Shown here: in pieces, positions 25,223 to 38,655 of the stretch
Position numbering within the stretch: the first letter of the stretch is position 1
Layout of the letters: every line of letters begins with the position of its first letter
From: Chrysomallon squamiferum
Lineage: Eukaryota; Animalia; Mollusca
Direction of reading: 5' to 3'
Length of the DNA stretch: 64,000 nt
Assembly: GCA_012295275.1 (NCBI GenBank)
Contig: CM022667.1
Coordinates: 22,010,001-22,074,000, forward strand
Made by a program: the position numbers and the translations under genes
Notes under the pieces: model-generated
Told to the model about the DNA's origin: nothing
Database searches by the model: none
The model's input: the letters and a program-made list of their open reading frames with translations, nothing else

Positions 25223-28200
25223 GCAACTTGAAAATGTAATTTTCAATTAGTTTTATTTAGAAATCTCTGCACTATATTAGCAACACAAGTGAGCTGTGAG
25301 ATACAAAGAGAAATCTTTGCTTGCAGACCTAAATACACTTGCACTTTGTTTTCTTTGTTCTCTGCAGCCCAGTGTGCAGACACTTTCAGTAACCAGGAAT
25401 TAGAGATAATAATTCTTCATTGTATCTTCTTCCTTTCTTTCAGTTCTGTTATTCTTCTCTTCATTACACTGTCAAAGACCACAATGTTAATTTCATTTCA
25501 CTCTTCCAGTCAGATGAACAATGCCAGCCAGAGATTTTATATATATATATTTGTTTTGATCTTGTAGGGTTTGGTTTTTTTTTTTTCCCCCAAATGATCC
25601 ATTAGTGATAGAAATGTAAAAGCAAACTGCAAAGATTGCCAGGATTTTTAAGATAACCATAAGAAAAATTGAGGATTTATTGTGAAAATAGTTAACTTGG
25701 GAGAAACCCAGAAAAATAAATCAAACCTCAGATACATTATTAAGATATCCTCACATTCACAAGTCAAATGAACTGAAAAATAAATTGAAAATGAATAAAA
25801 TAAAACATATGTATAGACATTAAACAAAAATATATTAAAAGAAGAAACACTGCAATTACAAATGCACATGCACACAGACACCTATGTGTAAAAGTAAGAA
25901 TACACATTAAACAAATAACATTTGAAAAAAGAAATTCTACTGGTGTATGTGTGTTTTGTTAAAGTGATTGTATTCAAGTGCCAGGAAAGAATAGTGGATT
26001 TCTAATTTTAAGTTATTAAAACAAATTGATCTCTTTATCATGAAGACTCGTTTTAACACACAAAACGACAAATGAATGTTTTTGAGAAATTGCAGACTGC
26101 TGAATGAAAAGCAGACGACGTGCATGACAAACGCGCAGAGCCTTTGTTTTCTATGGGTTTTTAAAGGGACAATGAGTGCAAGACGAAACATTTGTCACAG
26201 GTTTTTACTAATGAAAATCTCAGGAACAGCGCTCGATTTAAACAAAGACACTGCTGAATTCAGATATTAGAAACAGTGGCTGTAGGCATTCCACATGATT
26301 AGCTAATATTTCGTGTCCTCTAAACATTTGGCACAAAGGTGTTTGTTAAAAACAGATGAGTTTTGTCAAAATGTGCAGAAACGTATGAGACTTCGATAAA
26401 AATACACAGAGAAAGGTTAAAGTTAGCAAGAACACACACATACATTGTTTTTTTTATTATTATTTTTATATAATATTATGAAGGATCAAATTAGCAGATG
26501 ACACTGATGTAATTTATTCATAAATAAATATCACAGGTCAAATGTATTTTATATTAACAAAAGAAGATATATGTATTGCTCCAACTGTTTTTATCTGGAA
26601 GCTTAAATGAATAACAGAAAGTTGTAAAATTTATGAACACATTGTAGATGGTGTTAAGTAATTTAAGATGGCACCACATATCGGTTTGGGCGTTGCAGTA
26701 TTTTCAGAGACAAATGTCAGCCTGATGACCCAGACAAGGTCCCTGCATCTGCTAGACAGCCAGGAGCATGTTCAGCATAGAGATAATAATCTGAACATAA
26801 CACCACAAGATGCTTAATTCTGTGAAATTCATATAGCACGGCAACAAAATATTAAATGACAATTGCTTTCATATGGCTTCTTTGTTTGAAAACAATATTC
26901 TTTTTGTACTGGAAATGCCTCTGTGAAAATGGAGCTTAAAAGGAAGAAGAAAGATGTGTTTGTTCTTTCTTTGCATTCACTAAAATAATATTTACTCATA
27001 AATAATTAATTTTTTTATATAGGTCTAATTTTGCATGTTTTATATATAGGCCTATACAAATATTTTAAGAATACATTTACAAAGGCATCTTATTCTCCGT
27101 TCACCAAACCCTGTTTATAGCAATAAAATGTTCATATTTTCTGTTAAATATAACGAAATATTTAATTAACAAAGTCATAACAAGAAATTTATTTATTTTA
27201 ACAAACAAAAACACTAAAAATATAAGTGCTTGTCATCGTAAGAAGATACTGTCAATAAACAATATATTAACAAATCTTGACATTAATAAGCAGCATGTAT
27301 GTTTTGTACACAGCATGTACTCTGAATCATCTGGCATTTGGAAGATTATTATTTTTTAATTTATTTTTATTATTATTATTATAATTTTTTTTTTTCAAAA
27401 TCATGTGAAGATTATTTTAAAATGACATGAATTCAATATGCAAGAGAGAACAAAGAATTTATGAACACACATTCATTGTTTTGTAATGTTTCCTTGATAT
27501 TATTTATTCCATTATTCAGTTTACAGAAGAAACAGACAGTTTCAAATAAAATTATTATCAATTTAAAATAAATTTATGTACTTGAAAATAGTTTTCGTAT
27601 GTCATTATTCATAATTAAATCACTTCCTCGTGTCAGTGTAAAGGTCATTCAGTGCATTTTGTATAGTCATTAGTTAATAATTCAAAATAACGTCAGTTTC
27701 TGTTATATTCTTGTCATCATAGTGCTTCATCTAGGAGTGGAGTCAGGGGAGGTTTATATAAAGCCCTTTATTTATTGTTGCTTATACGGTTAATCAGGAT
27801 AGTTGTATGTCACTGGTGACCCAACATTTCAGATACTGAAACAGTAACAAACATGTTTTGTTTTTGGTTTTGTATTTTTTTCTTTTTTAACTCGAAGTCA
27901 TTATAAATGAGACTGAACTGAATTTACAAAATATAAGATATATATACCTGTTTCAGATTCAAACCTAGATTTAGCAAGTGGTATTTTCAGAAAAGGCCAA
28001 TGCTTGAGAGAGATATTTATAATTGTAAAACCATATAGACCTCCAAACATATTTGATAAATTATTGTGGGTATTTTTACATTTCAAATATAAATTATTTC
28101 TCAAAAATATATAAAGTAATAAATATAAAATCAGTTCACACATCAAATAAAACAGTTTGCATATCCTAGATAACATGCAAGTCATATTAATCACTAATAC

Positions 28201-28522
28201 TCCCAGCCCTCATCCACCAATTTTCCAAACTAATAATTATTTATTAACGGCGACCATGACCGTTGTATTTCTCGAATAAGGAAATTAAGCCGGACAGCAC
28301 ATATAATGAGCCTAAATATAATGTATATATATCAAAGTGAATGCTTTATTTTTAAATGTTAGCCAAATTTCTATGTACAGAATCAATAATAATAGAAAAC
28401 GGTTAATTTACCTTTTCATCCACATTTCTACTTTATTAGTAGAGGGTAATCTCCTCAGCAGTCAAGTAAATAAACAGATGAATTAAAAGTGTAATACAAG
28501 TATTTAATTATTCATTTATTTA

Positions 28523-28583
<61 letters not shown>

Positions 28584-29192
28584 GGAATTAAATATTCATT
28601 TACTCTTTAAAGACATAATTCCTAAATCCATATTTGAACTTTTATTCTTCGTAATTTTTTAAAGTGAAAAACTTATTATAAAGAAGTTTGAAGAAAACGA
28701 GAAAAATAAAATTCAACAAAAATAAAAATGTAGAAAAAGGAGAAAACTGATAGAATGAGTAATCATTATAAAATATTCTCAGTTTATAGTGAATACTGTT
28801 AAAACTTAGTATTTTTACTTTAAAGTCTTCAAAATAACATAATAGTAATAAGAATACAAAGCAAAATAAAATACAGATTGTTATTTGATTGACAGACGTG
28901 ATGATGAAAGTAGTTGATAACTGTCTGCCAAATGACCTTTCATTTTACTGCGATTGTTTTTCTTAATATTTTTCTCTGTTGATAATGTGTGTCATATAAT
29001 GAAACTCATCAGTTACTATGAGTTAAGTGGAAAATTAATTCATACTGGAGACAGAAGCACAGTTACTAAAACCAGTTACAAACATATTAAAATCTGATTA
29101 ATTATTTTATAATTTAGTCTAAGAGTTATTTAGTAACAAATACTGAATAATTTCAGATTTTACAATTTAATGAAATTAATTAAAAATAATTA

Positions 29193-29987
29193 CCGTATAT
29201 ACTTGTGTACAAGGCGACCTTATGTATAAGTCGATGTGTATTTTAAGACCAAAAATTGCGTCATTTTAGGTGTTACTTGTGTATAAGTCGACTGTAGATT
29301 CCAGGCACCGTCACTATTTATAGACCAGTGTGACAGTGCCGTGAAGGCCTACATTGTACGCCTACTGTAACATAACTTGCACGAGCATACCATAATAACG
29401 TAAATGCATGTATTACACGAGCTATAGCCTAAATGTATCATAAATAGTATCTCTTTAATGTAATAGGTCTAACATGGAGACCTAACTCACCGTTATATTT
29501 AGCCGTTCTATGATTTACAAAATTTGTCGGTAGTGGATATTAATGACGATTGCAATATTATTTCACCAAATTCTTTACAATTAAACAAGTGAGTTTTGTT
29601 TATGAAATTAGGACCGATATTTAGTGCAATTTGGCAGAGAAGTCTGCATTCCTAGATCATTGCAAGACGCCGTAAGGCATAACGCCGTACTGACGGTTTT
29701 CTCGCTTTAAAATGTATTTTTATGTCATTAAACGGAAGAATATCATGTTTTACATTCATATTTGGTTTTGTTATTTAATTTTTCAAAATGTTTTATACGA
29801 TAAAATTATATTTTTGAAAAGCTGAAAGACCGCGATTAATTTAGATGCATCCCGTAGCAAAAAATAGTCAAAATGGCGACTCTTCAGCAACAGCTACAAA
29901 AGCATTACCTATGTATAAGTCGACCCCCAAAATATTACCTTAATATAGTCTCCCAAAAATTCGACTTATACACACAAGTATATACGG
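29193..29987. mobile_element. Non-autonomous Tc1/mariner-superfamily (Tc2/pogo-type) MITE, 795 bp
   Basis: Perfect 16-bp TIR CCGTATATACTTGTGT / ACACAAGTATATACGG with TA on both sides (29191-2, 29988-9). Internal repeats of GTATAAGTCGA near 29224, 29281 and 29913, and inverted near 29961. Confidence 0.92.
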
Positions 29988-30154
29988 TATCTGTCTTTTC
30001 TAGCAGCTTAATGGATTTAACATTAGGTATATTTCTAATTACCAAGGTATGTAACAAATTTATTTTTGCACACTGGAAAAATTAAGATGGAAAAAAATTA
30101 ATTTTTTAAACAGTAAAATGATATCATATTTATAGCGAAAAATAATGGCTCATA

Positions 30155-30740
30155 TAGGGAGGAAAGGGTAAGTTGTGCCAGTTTGGGGTAAGTTATGTAA
30201 TTAGTGGAAATTGGAACAACGCACATGGTTTATAACACATTTGTTTATTGCCATTAATACATTCGTTTACTGCATAATAAAAAACATTTTCAGCAATTTT
30301 CCCTGATTCTGAACTGACATGTAATGGTATCAAACTGTGATAGCTCTGACTAAAACACTCTTACAACTCATCAAGACTGATACAAAAATTATATTAATCT
30401 TTCCAGAAAAGACTATAAATATGGACATATGAATGATTATAGACTATTCTAACCTATTTTCACACATGCTAATACTACAGTGTTGCCCCTATATGTACTA
30501 ATATATCTAAAACTGCAATAGAAAAAGATTGACATATAGAGGTACATTTAAACATATGACAATATATAGAATAATTCTGTATGTATTTTAAATCCAGCCT
30601 ACAACTAATGTCTTTATGTGTTCTGTTAAACTATGAACAATATATATATATATATATGTACGTACGTACGTATGTTTACAGTTTTCTTTATGTAGGCCTA
30701 CATGTGAATTAGGCCAGTCTGTAGGCAACTTGCCAATTCT
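30155..30740 (+). mobile_element. Interspersed repeat, probable DNA-transposon end (copy 2, inverted relative to 225-781)
   Basis: Colinear inverted similarity over about 550 bp with copy 1. It begins with a repeated GGGTAAGTT motif typical of transposon subterminal repeats. Confidence 0.8.
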
Positions 30741-31609
30741 TAAGGCTGTATCATATGTATAAATAATTGATCTCTTGTATCTACAGTATAAAAAAATTAA
30801 TTTAAAAAAATCAACCTCGAAACCACAGTAACATACAAATAAATAATTTTAAAACGAAAGAATAGGATTATTTAAATAATTTTATATATCCATCTTTTTT
30901 TTTGCATCCCTAGTTTCGTCAGCTTAAGGGAAATAACTCCTACCTACTTTTACAAGGATGCCAGATATTACTTACTACTAACTTGCAATTTTGCCACTAA
31001 ATCTGCATAGGTGAAAGAAAGATAAATAATGTTAATAAAAATAATATTAATAATGATAAAAATAAACAAAATAACTGCACTTAAAACAACATGGAAAATT
31101 TGTGGAAAAGTGCTTTAGATCAATTTTTGTTTGGTTTTTAAATCCATTATTACCCTAAATATCTTATCATTCATTAATATTAGAATATTAGCTTTTATTA
31201 AGTTTTAAATTCCTTTATCTGTAAAACCTTACTGGTATAATCTACAATTCTGTGAAGTGGGCTACACAATCAAGAAACAATGTGTATATGTATGCAAAAC
31301 ACAACCATTTGAATAAAACTGAGACAAAATAAAAAGTGAAGTGAGAATAATTTTATTTTTGAATTTCCAATTGGAAGTCAAGCCATACAAAACAAAACAT
31401 CCATGACAATGTGCCATTCCCGTTCAACTTTCTCAGGATTATTTCATTATCCACAAAAATCTTTTTTTTATAACTGAGACTGATATAGTATTTACAAGAT
31501 TGATCTTTCAGGCTGTCTTTATGAAGACACCATTATCCTATAATGAAAAGTGATGGCGCTGACTGTAAAAGAGTATTTTAAAATTATCAACATCCTGGAT
31601 GACTGATTA

Positions 31610-31774
31610 CTAGGACTCGACCAGAACACCACCTGATTTTGTCTCTTTTTGCTCATCACCTGTTTCACGCGATTCCTCTCCACGAATTTTAAGACTGTGT
31701 TCTTCTCTGTATTTATTGATTTCAACTCCTTTTTCTTCTAACTTCTTTTTGAATGATTCAATCAGCTTAGTCAT
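31610..31774 (-). CDS. PFDN2: Prefoldin subunit 2, exon 3
   Basis: TTGCAG acceptor; MTKLIESFKKKLEEKGVEINKYREEHSLKIRGEE...KSGGVLVES then TAG, with the conserved GVLV tail. Total CDS 426 nt. AATAAA on the minus strand at 31352-31357. Confidence 0.93.
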   Translation of the reverse strand: MTKLIESFKKKLEEKGVEINKYREEHSLKIRGEESRETGDEQKETKSGGVLVES

Positions 31775-32038
31775 CTGCAATAAAGTAATAATAATAATAA
31801 GAATAAAATATTTTTATGCTATATAATTATATCAAACATAATGCTGTATTTAATCTAAATAAAATTGGAAAACACATAAGAAATATTTAAACTGAATAAA
31901 TCAGATATAGAATTGTATTAAAAATAAATAAATTAGATATGAATTAAGTTCCTGTATTTAATTCTAAAGTTAAACAAAATAACTGAAATGTAAGTTAAAA
32001 CAAAATAAAACAGATATAACAGTGGTGAGTAAGCTAAC

Positions 32039-32162
32039 CTGATTTTTGTTATTAATAAGAGCTGGTAAGACATCTTTGACAGTCCTCTCAACAAGAACAC
32101 CTCCCACCATTCTGTAACATTTTCTACTGCCATCAACTTCCTTTAGAGTTTCAGCAACCAGT
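32039..32162 (-). CDS. PFDN2: Prefoldin subunit 2, exon 2
   Basis: TTTCAG acceptor; LVAETLKEVDGSRKCYRMVGGVLVERTVKDVLPALINNKNQ is the PFDN2 beta-hairpin signature. 124 nt, phase 2 to 0, donor CAG|GTTAGC. Confidence 0.95.
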
Positions 32163-33604
32163 CTGAAATATTTCATTTATTAAATAATAGAAGAAAGTCT
32201 GCTTAGAGAATGAACTGAATGAAATGAAATTCAGAGATTGTCCTGAGATTGTCCAAAGAGTAATAATGTTAACAAATATTTAAAGTTTTTAAAATCAGTT
32301 GAATTTGTGAAATTATGTTGTTTCAAGCAGTCAATACCATATTCAGATAAAGTGAAAAATTATGAAACTTTTTAAAGTATGGAATATTATATATCTTTTT
32401 TTTTAAAATATATTTCTCTGATCATGGAATTATTTAGTGTTTTAATCAAATAACTGAAAACAACATTTGAGATTAAACTTCTGAATTTTAATTGCAGTTT
32501 AACTGTAATGCAGACTAAGTGTTATTCCAAAAACAAACAAATGAATGTTATATATAAAAACAGAAAATCTTTCATACCATATAAAAATGCAACCCCAAGA
32601 GTCATTTTGATTCAAAGGAATACATGTACTTTTTCAAAATTCTCAGCTAAATATTATAATATAATCTGTTGCATGGGTTGATAATATACATTAAATAAAT
32701 TTACAAAACAATAAACATGAAATAAAATCCAGATGTGACAACATTTTTCAGAAAACCTGACAATATAACTTTTCCTGAAGATGAAAGAACCAACATTTTC
32801 TCATAATTCCTGGAAAACAATCAGAATTCCACAAAAGGTAGCGGTCTCAGTTTACTGCGGTCTGAATATGATGTGCCTTATAGATATATCAAAATAATTT
32901 TATCATATTCCTTGCCAAAATGTCAGTATAAGTAATTTTGGATGGTTAAACTTATTGTTTCAATAACTTATTTTTTAAATTATTATTATTATTATTATTA
33001 TATTTTTTCAATAATCTGCAAGAAAAACTCAGTTTGAATCTTATTCTTATGTGTAAATATTCACCATAAAATAAAAAAGTTAATCTCTTCTTTGAAGGTC
33101 AATGTATTATTCACAATCACTTCACCTTCATTCGGTATGGAATATGGATGATGTTCTTCAACATTCCGTTTTTCTAATGGGTTTTTTTTTTGGTGGGTCT
33201 GGATTAATATTCCACATTTTGCTGTCTGGTATGATGTAAACTAATATAGTCTTTGTTATTTCATGTCAACTTTTTCAATAATTCATTATAATAATTTACT
33301 AATTTTATTATAAAATCAATAATAACAAATATTATTATTATAACAAAAGAATATATATATATATAACATATATATACTTCATTACTTGGTTGCGAAATTA
33401 TTTAATAAGTGCTGATTATGACTACTCAGGGATACGGAACTAATAATCACATAATTAAATATCTAGTTATTACTAAGTTAATAAACTAGTTATACATTTA
33501 ATTGTTAGGTTAGCAACGAAAACAACATAAATTGCCGATAAAATGATAAATGATAAAATAAATTCAGAATAATATAATTATAAACACCAGCAGTGTGTAC
33601 TCAC

Positions 33605-33741
33605 TCGTGCTCTTTCATATCCATTTCTATTTCAGATATCTTTGATGCTAACATTCTTTGTTGCTGTCTTAATTCCTGAAAACCTGCAATAATCTGTTCT
33701 TGTGATTTTCCTTTTGAACTTTTGCTAGCATTCGACGCCAT
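33605..33741 (-). CDS. PFDN2: Prefoldin subunit 2, exon 1
   Basis: MASNASKSSKGKSQEQIIAGFQELRQQQRMLASKISEIEMDMKEH then donor GA|GTGAGT, phase 2. Missed by the ORF track. Confidence 0.93.
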
Positions 33742-34216
33742 ATTTATCTCGTCTGCAATATCACTAAACCACGCCCTTGTCCTAGAGCACCACTTCTTTT
33801 AGTTGGATTTGCTGGCCCTTATTGAACGACAATTATACTAAGAACTTTATTAAGTTTTGTATACAAATAAACGGAAGGTGATAATTGAATTTTGTGGCTG
33901 AATATTCTCTAGGTTAAATATGGAAAACACCTATTATTTAGTAGTAAATTTATGCATTTTATTATTATTATTATTATTTTTAAACATGAAGCTTAAAAAA
34001 AAATAAGAGTAAAGATTTGTAGATCCATATATTTATATAAACTATATGTGTGAGTGGTAGACAGCTTATAAAAAATGGAGAAAATTACCAAAGTAAATAC
34101 ACTGACAGAGGGAACTCTGATTTGAAAAGACACTAGACTAACTGCCATTTAAGAATTTAATAGCACTTCTGCAGCTCACGAGTACGTCTCATCTCTGATT
34201 TGTTGTCCGCTTCCAG

Positions 34217-37200
34217 GGAATAAAAACCAGTTCGGCTATTGCGAAAAACGCACCACGACGAAGCAAACTGTTATCAACAAAACATACTCTAAATACCCGC
34301 GACAAAAGCCTGTTGACACGTCGATAACTGACCAGAATCTCTCCACTCATCACTGATTGATTGCAGAGCCAGAGGTAGGATTTCATTACGAAACCATTAA
34401 ATTATGTATCCAACATACTCTGTACGTAAACAAACTCAAACAGTTACAAACTAACAAAGGGCTTTGACTTTGCCCAGCGTGTCGGATGTGGTCACCTCAT
34501 TCCTATTCCCTCTGGAACGGGTATAATATCCGCTCCATATTGACATATATTATTAGAAAGTTAATGGAAGTAAAGATTACTATAATACTTCGTCATTCAT
34601 AAAATCGGCATACAATTTAAAATGGTAATACATTTTACTCGGCACAGGGACAATCTTGTCTATTGTTGGACAAGTGTTGGTTTTTAAATTAAAGTATTCT
34701 CACCAAAATAAAAGAATGTGTTTTTGTTAGATCTGAATTAGTCCAACCTTAACCGAAACGTCTCGAATTGATTGATAGATGTTGGGTTGATAAATTGCTG
34801 ATCCATTTATCTTTGAAGATAGTTTCCGGTGTTCGAATAGTTTGTTTTGTTCTACAATGGGTAACCGTAACATCGGAGATGATCCCAGAAAAAACATGCA
34901 AAATTTCTATATCATAGTAACAACCTAGTCTCCTGACTTCCAATGAGTAGCCAATGAACAAGTAAATGATATCACCCTACAGACGTTGTTATTTTACCTG
35001 CTATTAAAAAGTAAATCCAATTGGTGATGAAGAAGACATTTTCAGCAAGTAATGTATATAACCGTCCGATTTATTTACTCCCTGGTGGACGGAACGCATA
35101 GAAAAGAAATGCAAAGAGAGAAACAAATACAGAAGACAATACAAAAAAGACAGAAATCTCTCCACACACGAAAAAATACAAAATAGCAAAAAAAGAAGTC
35201 TCCAACCTAATACTCACAGCGAAACAAGAACACTGGGAACTTTTATGCAACAACATCGACCACAAAACATCAGTCAAAGACATGTGGGCCAAAGTAAAAA
35301 ACATCCAAGGCAAAAAACCCCACAGAATCAACACTCTCGGCAAAAACAACATCGCATTCACCGACAAGCAAAAAGCGGACCTACTCAGCGAAACTTTCGC
35401 CAAGTCCAGCAGCAACTCAAACTTCCCACTGAAATTCACAAAGAAACCAATGGACATCATAAAAATAGGCGAACATTCCGCAGACACAGAACACATGAAA
35501 TACAATGAGCTTTTCAACATCAACGAATTAAAACATGCACTCAAAAACAAGAAAAGTACAGCCACGGGGGCAGATAAAATAAGCTACACAATACTACAAC
35601 ACCTACCAGACGAAACACTACTCATCGTACTCGATCTCTACAATACAATATGGACCACTGGAAAGATTCCAACACACTGGAAACACGCCGAATGTTTCAG
35701 CTTGCCCAAACCACACAAGGATCACTCACTACCCAACAGCTACAGGCCGATCACGCTGGCGTTGCACATGTGCAAAACACTGGAAACAATGATCAACACA
35801 CGCCTGAGCCAGCATCTAAACAACAATTTAATCAGCAAATACCAAAGCGGCTTCAGGAAGAAACACAGCACAAACGACCAGATCACACGACTGCAAACAA
35901 TCAAAAAAAGTCATAGCAGTTTTTTTTAGACATTGAAAAAGCATTCGACATGGTATGGCTCGTTAAATTAATCAACAACAACATCAAAGGCAACATGTTC
36001 AATTTTATCAAAGACTTCATTATCAAAGTAAACGGTCACATCTCAGAGAAAACGACAATCGAAAACGGCATCCCACAAGGATCCGTGATCTCGCCAACAC
36101 TCTTCAACATCTACATCAACGACATCGTCACAGCACTCGACCAACAAGACAACGCCAAAAATCCACCAACCGAACCAATAAATACAGCACTCTTTGCCGA
36201 CGACTGCGCCTTTTGGCGGGCAGGAAGATCGACCGCAGCAATACAGAAACAAATACAAAAAGACTTAAACAACAAACGATTGGGCGTTGAAATGGGGCAT
36301 AAAGATTTCTCTTTCGAAAACGACATGCCTCCTTTTCAACAAAAAATCAGACAACAGCAAGATCACACTAAACATCGACAACAACGTCATAACACAAACA
36401 AAAACATTCAAATTTCTAGGTGTGACATTCAACAATAAACACACCTTTCCTGATCAAGACAGAAACAGACAAAACAGAGTTCCCACTCTTCAAAAAGGCC
36501 ATATTTCTAGCAGCAGCAAACGACCACTACAAAGAACACACTCACACCTACACCGACGGATCCAAAAACCCAGACAACGGGAAAGTAGGATTCGACTTCA
36601 TAGCCCTAGACCACACAAACAAACCCACATGCATACAATTCGGCCGCATCAGAAATCACCTTTCGGTATACACGGCTGAACTGGTTGCCATCATCAGAGC
36701 CATGCTGTGGGTGAAACACAACAACAAACACACAGTCATCTTCTCAGACAGCCTAAGTTCCGTCGTCTCAATACAATCCGGACATTCCAGCAGACCAGAC
36801 CTACTCAGTAAAATACAACAACTACACGAGGACATAAAACACAACAAGAAACAACTAATCATCCAGAGTCACTCAGCATTAAAGACGAAGACATCTGCAC
36901 AGACATGCACTATGGAATAAACGAAATTCTTTCCATCGCAGCCAAACATTACGACAAACAATGGCAAAACGAATGGAACAACACCAAAAACAAATGGCAT
37001 TTGAACATCAAACCGCTCACCAAAACACCCAAAATCACACTCGCTAACAAACTACACAACAACATCACCAAAGCCAGAATTGGTTACTCGACCAACTTAA
37101 ATGCAATCCGATACCAATACCACACCACCACATCATCCAACTGCAGCTGTGGACTCTCCGAAACCATGAAACACTACTTGTTTCACTGTCAAAATTTCGC

Positions 37201-37564
37201 CAAGGAAAGACAAGCACTACGCAATGCACTGGATGAGCTAAAAATCGAGTTCACGCTCCAACACATCTTGGCAACAAACACGAAAGACAGAGCGTTAGTC
37301 CTCGCTGCAGTAACAACATATATTCTTAACACAAAGCACAAACTCTAGTTTTTTTTTTTTTTGTTATTTTGTTTTTTTTGACATAAAAACAAACAACAGT
37401 TATATGAATTTATTGACTTACAGATTGATCGGTTGAACAGCCGATGGATCTACAGATGGAACGGCTGATTGACGGATCAGTTTGAGTGGCCAATTAAATT
37501 AATAATTAAAAACAAAACTATACGTGCTATACGCACCTACTTTCAGACCATACTAACCTGTTGT

Positions 37565-37598
<34 letters not shown>

Positions 37599-38036
37599 CT
37601 TTCTCTTGTACATAATAAATGTAAATAAGTTCATGTTCTTATTCCTAGCTGCAAATATTTATAACATCTTTTAAATTAAAACAGAAAAATAAAATAAAAT
37701 AAAATAAAATGTAAATACGTTAACTACACTCATGTTATTCTTTTTAGTTACAGGTGTTTAATCAATAAAAAGACCATTGGCAACAAAAATAGAAAAAAAG
37801 TTGGAATTGTTGGACCAGGAGAAAGCAGCCAAAAAGAACAAAGAAATATCAGCACCAGTCGACAAGAGGACAAACAAACAGGACCCAACCAACTCGGACC
37901 CGGTGATGACTAGGAGAGCTTCAACGAGCCAGACAAGTATCTGAAACAACAAGGAGCGGATAACGTGTACGAAACATCGGAACCGACTCGTTACGATCCG
38001 ATATGTTGGACACTCCCTTGTGTCCTGCAATCGTAA
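34217..38036 (+). pseudogene. Candidate decayed single-pass receptor fragment (exon-like blocks 34217-34374, 34731-34860, 37754-38036) interrupted by the LINE
   Basis: AG/GT-bounded, GC-elevated blocks. They read as FGYCEK plus a Thr-rich stalk, a degenerate hydrophobic segment, and a tail with NVYET/RYDPI. In-frame stops are present. Confidence 0.4.
35080..37515 (+). mobile_element. 5'-truncated, frameshifted non-LTR retrotransposon (I/Nimb-group-like LINE ORF2: RT, RNase H, C-terminal Cys/His knuckle)
   Basis: Motifs across shifting frames: PWWTE, ATGADKI, YRPITL, QSGFRKKHST, AVFLDIEKAFD, GIPQGSVISPTLFNIYIND, ALFADD, FKFLGV; RNase H TYTDGSK, SVYTAELVAI, VIFSDSLS; CSCGLSETMKHYLFHC. Stop at 37348. 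The 3' end is approximate and no TSD was seen. Confidence 0.93.
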
Positions 38037-38655
38037 CGAGAACCCATTCTCTTACTTTACCCAAAACTCTTTTCTGCAACGGACACACCCGCTGACCTTT
38101 CAGAAAGCGAGCCCGTCGTAGACGTGCTTCGCAACAGCTAGCTCTGATTAGCACGTTAATTTTTTTCATTTTATTTCATTTAGATTGCTGTTGTTGAATG
38201 CGTGTCGGTTACACAAACTTGGTACTTGTCTGTGTAGTTGTGTATAATTTTATGACGTTGTGATGTATATGAATATGTTAAACATTAGTAGTGAATGTAT
38301 TAGGAAAGTATGTATTGTATAACTGCATAACATATGGTGTTATTTCATGTGTGTTGTTTGAAAGGACCCGTTATTAGTGATATGTAGCAAGATAGATATA
38401 TTTATTTATGACAGACTAGGAAATGTCATGCGATATATATATATGAATTTCTTATTGTAATGTCATGTATTCTAATCTTGTTGTATTTTAAATTATTGAT
38501 TTGATTGTTTCTGGGTTTCAAACATACATTGTGTGTGATTTCAAATAAAAAGCCATTGTCCTGAACCTACAACTGTTTGTCGTCTTTTTGAAAAGAAACT
38601 CAAATACTATTACATATATTATAAATTTTAAACACAACACACATATATATAATAC

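Noticed and set aside
35071-36862. Antisense and alternative-frame ORFs over the LINE
   Set aside because: By-products of the A/C-skewed LINE composition and its frameshifts.
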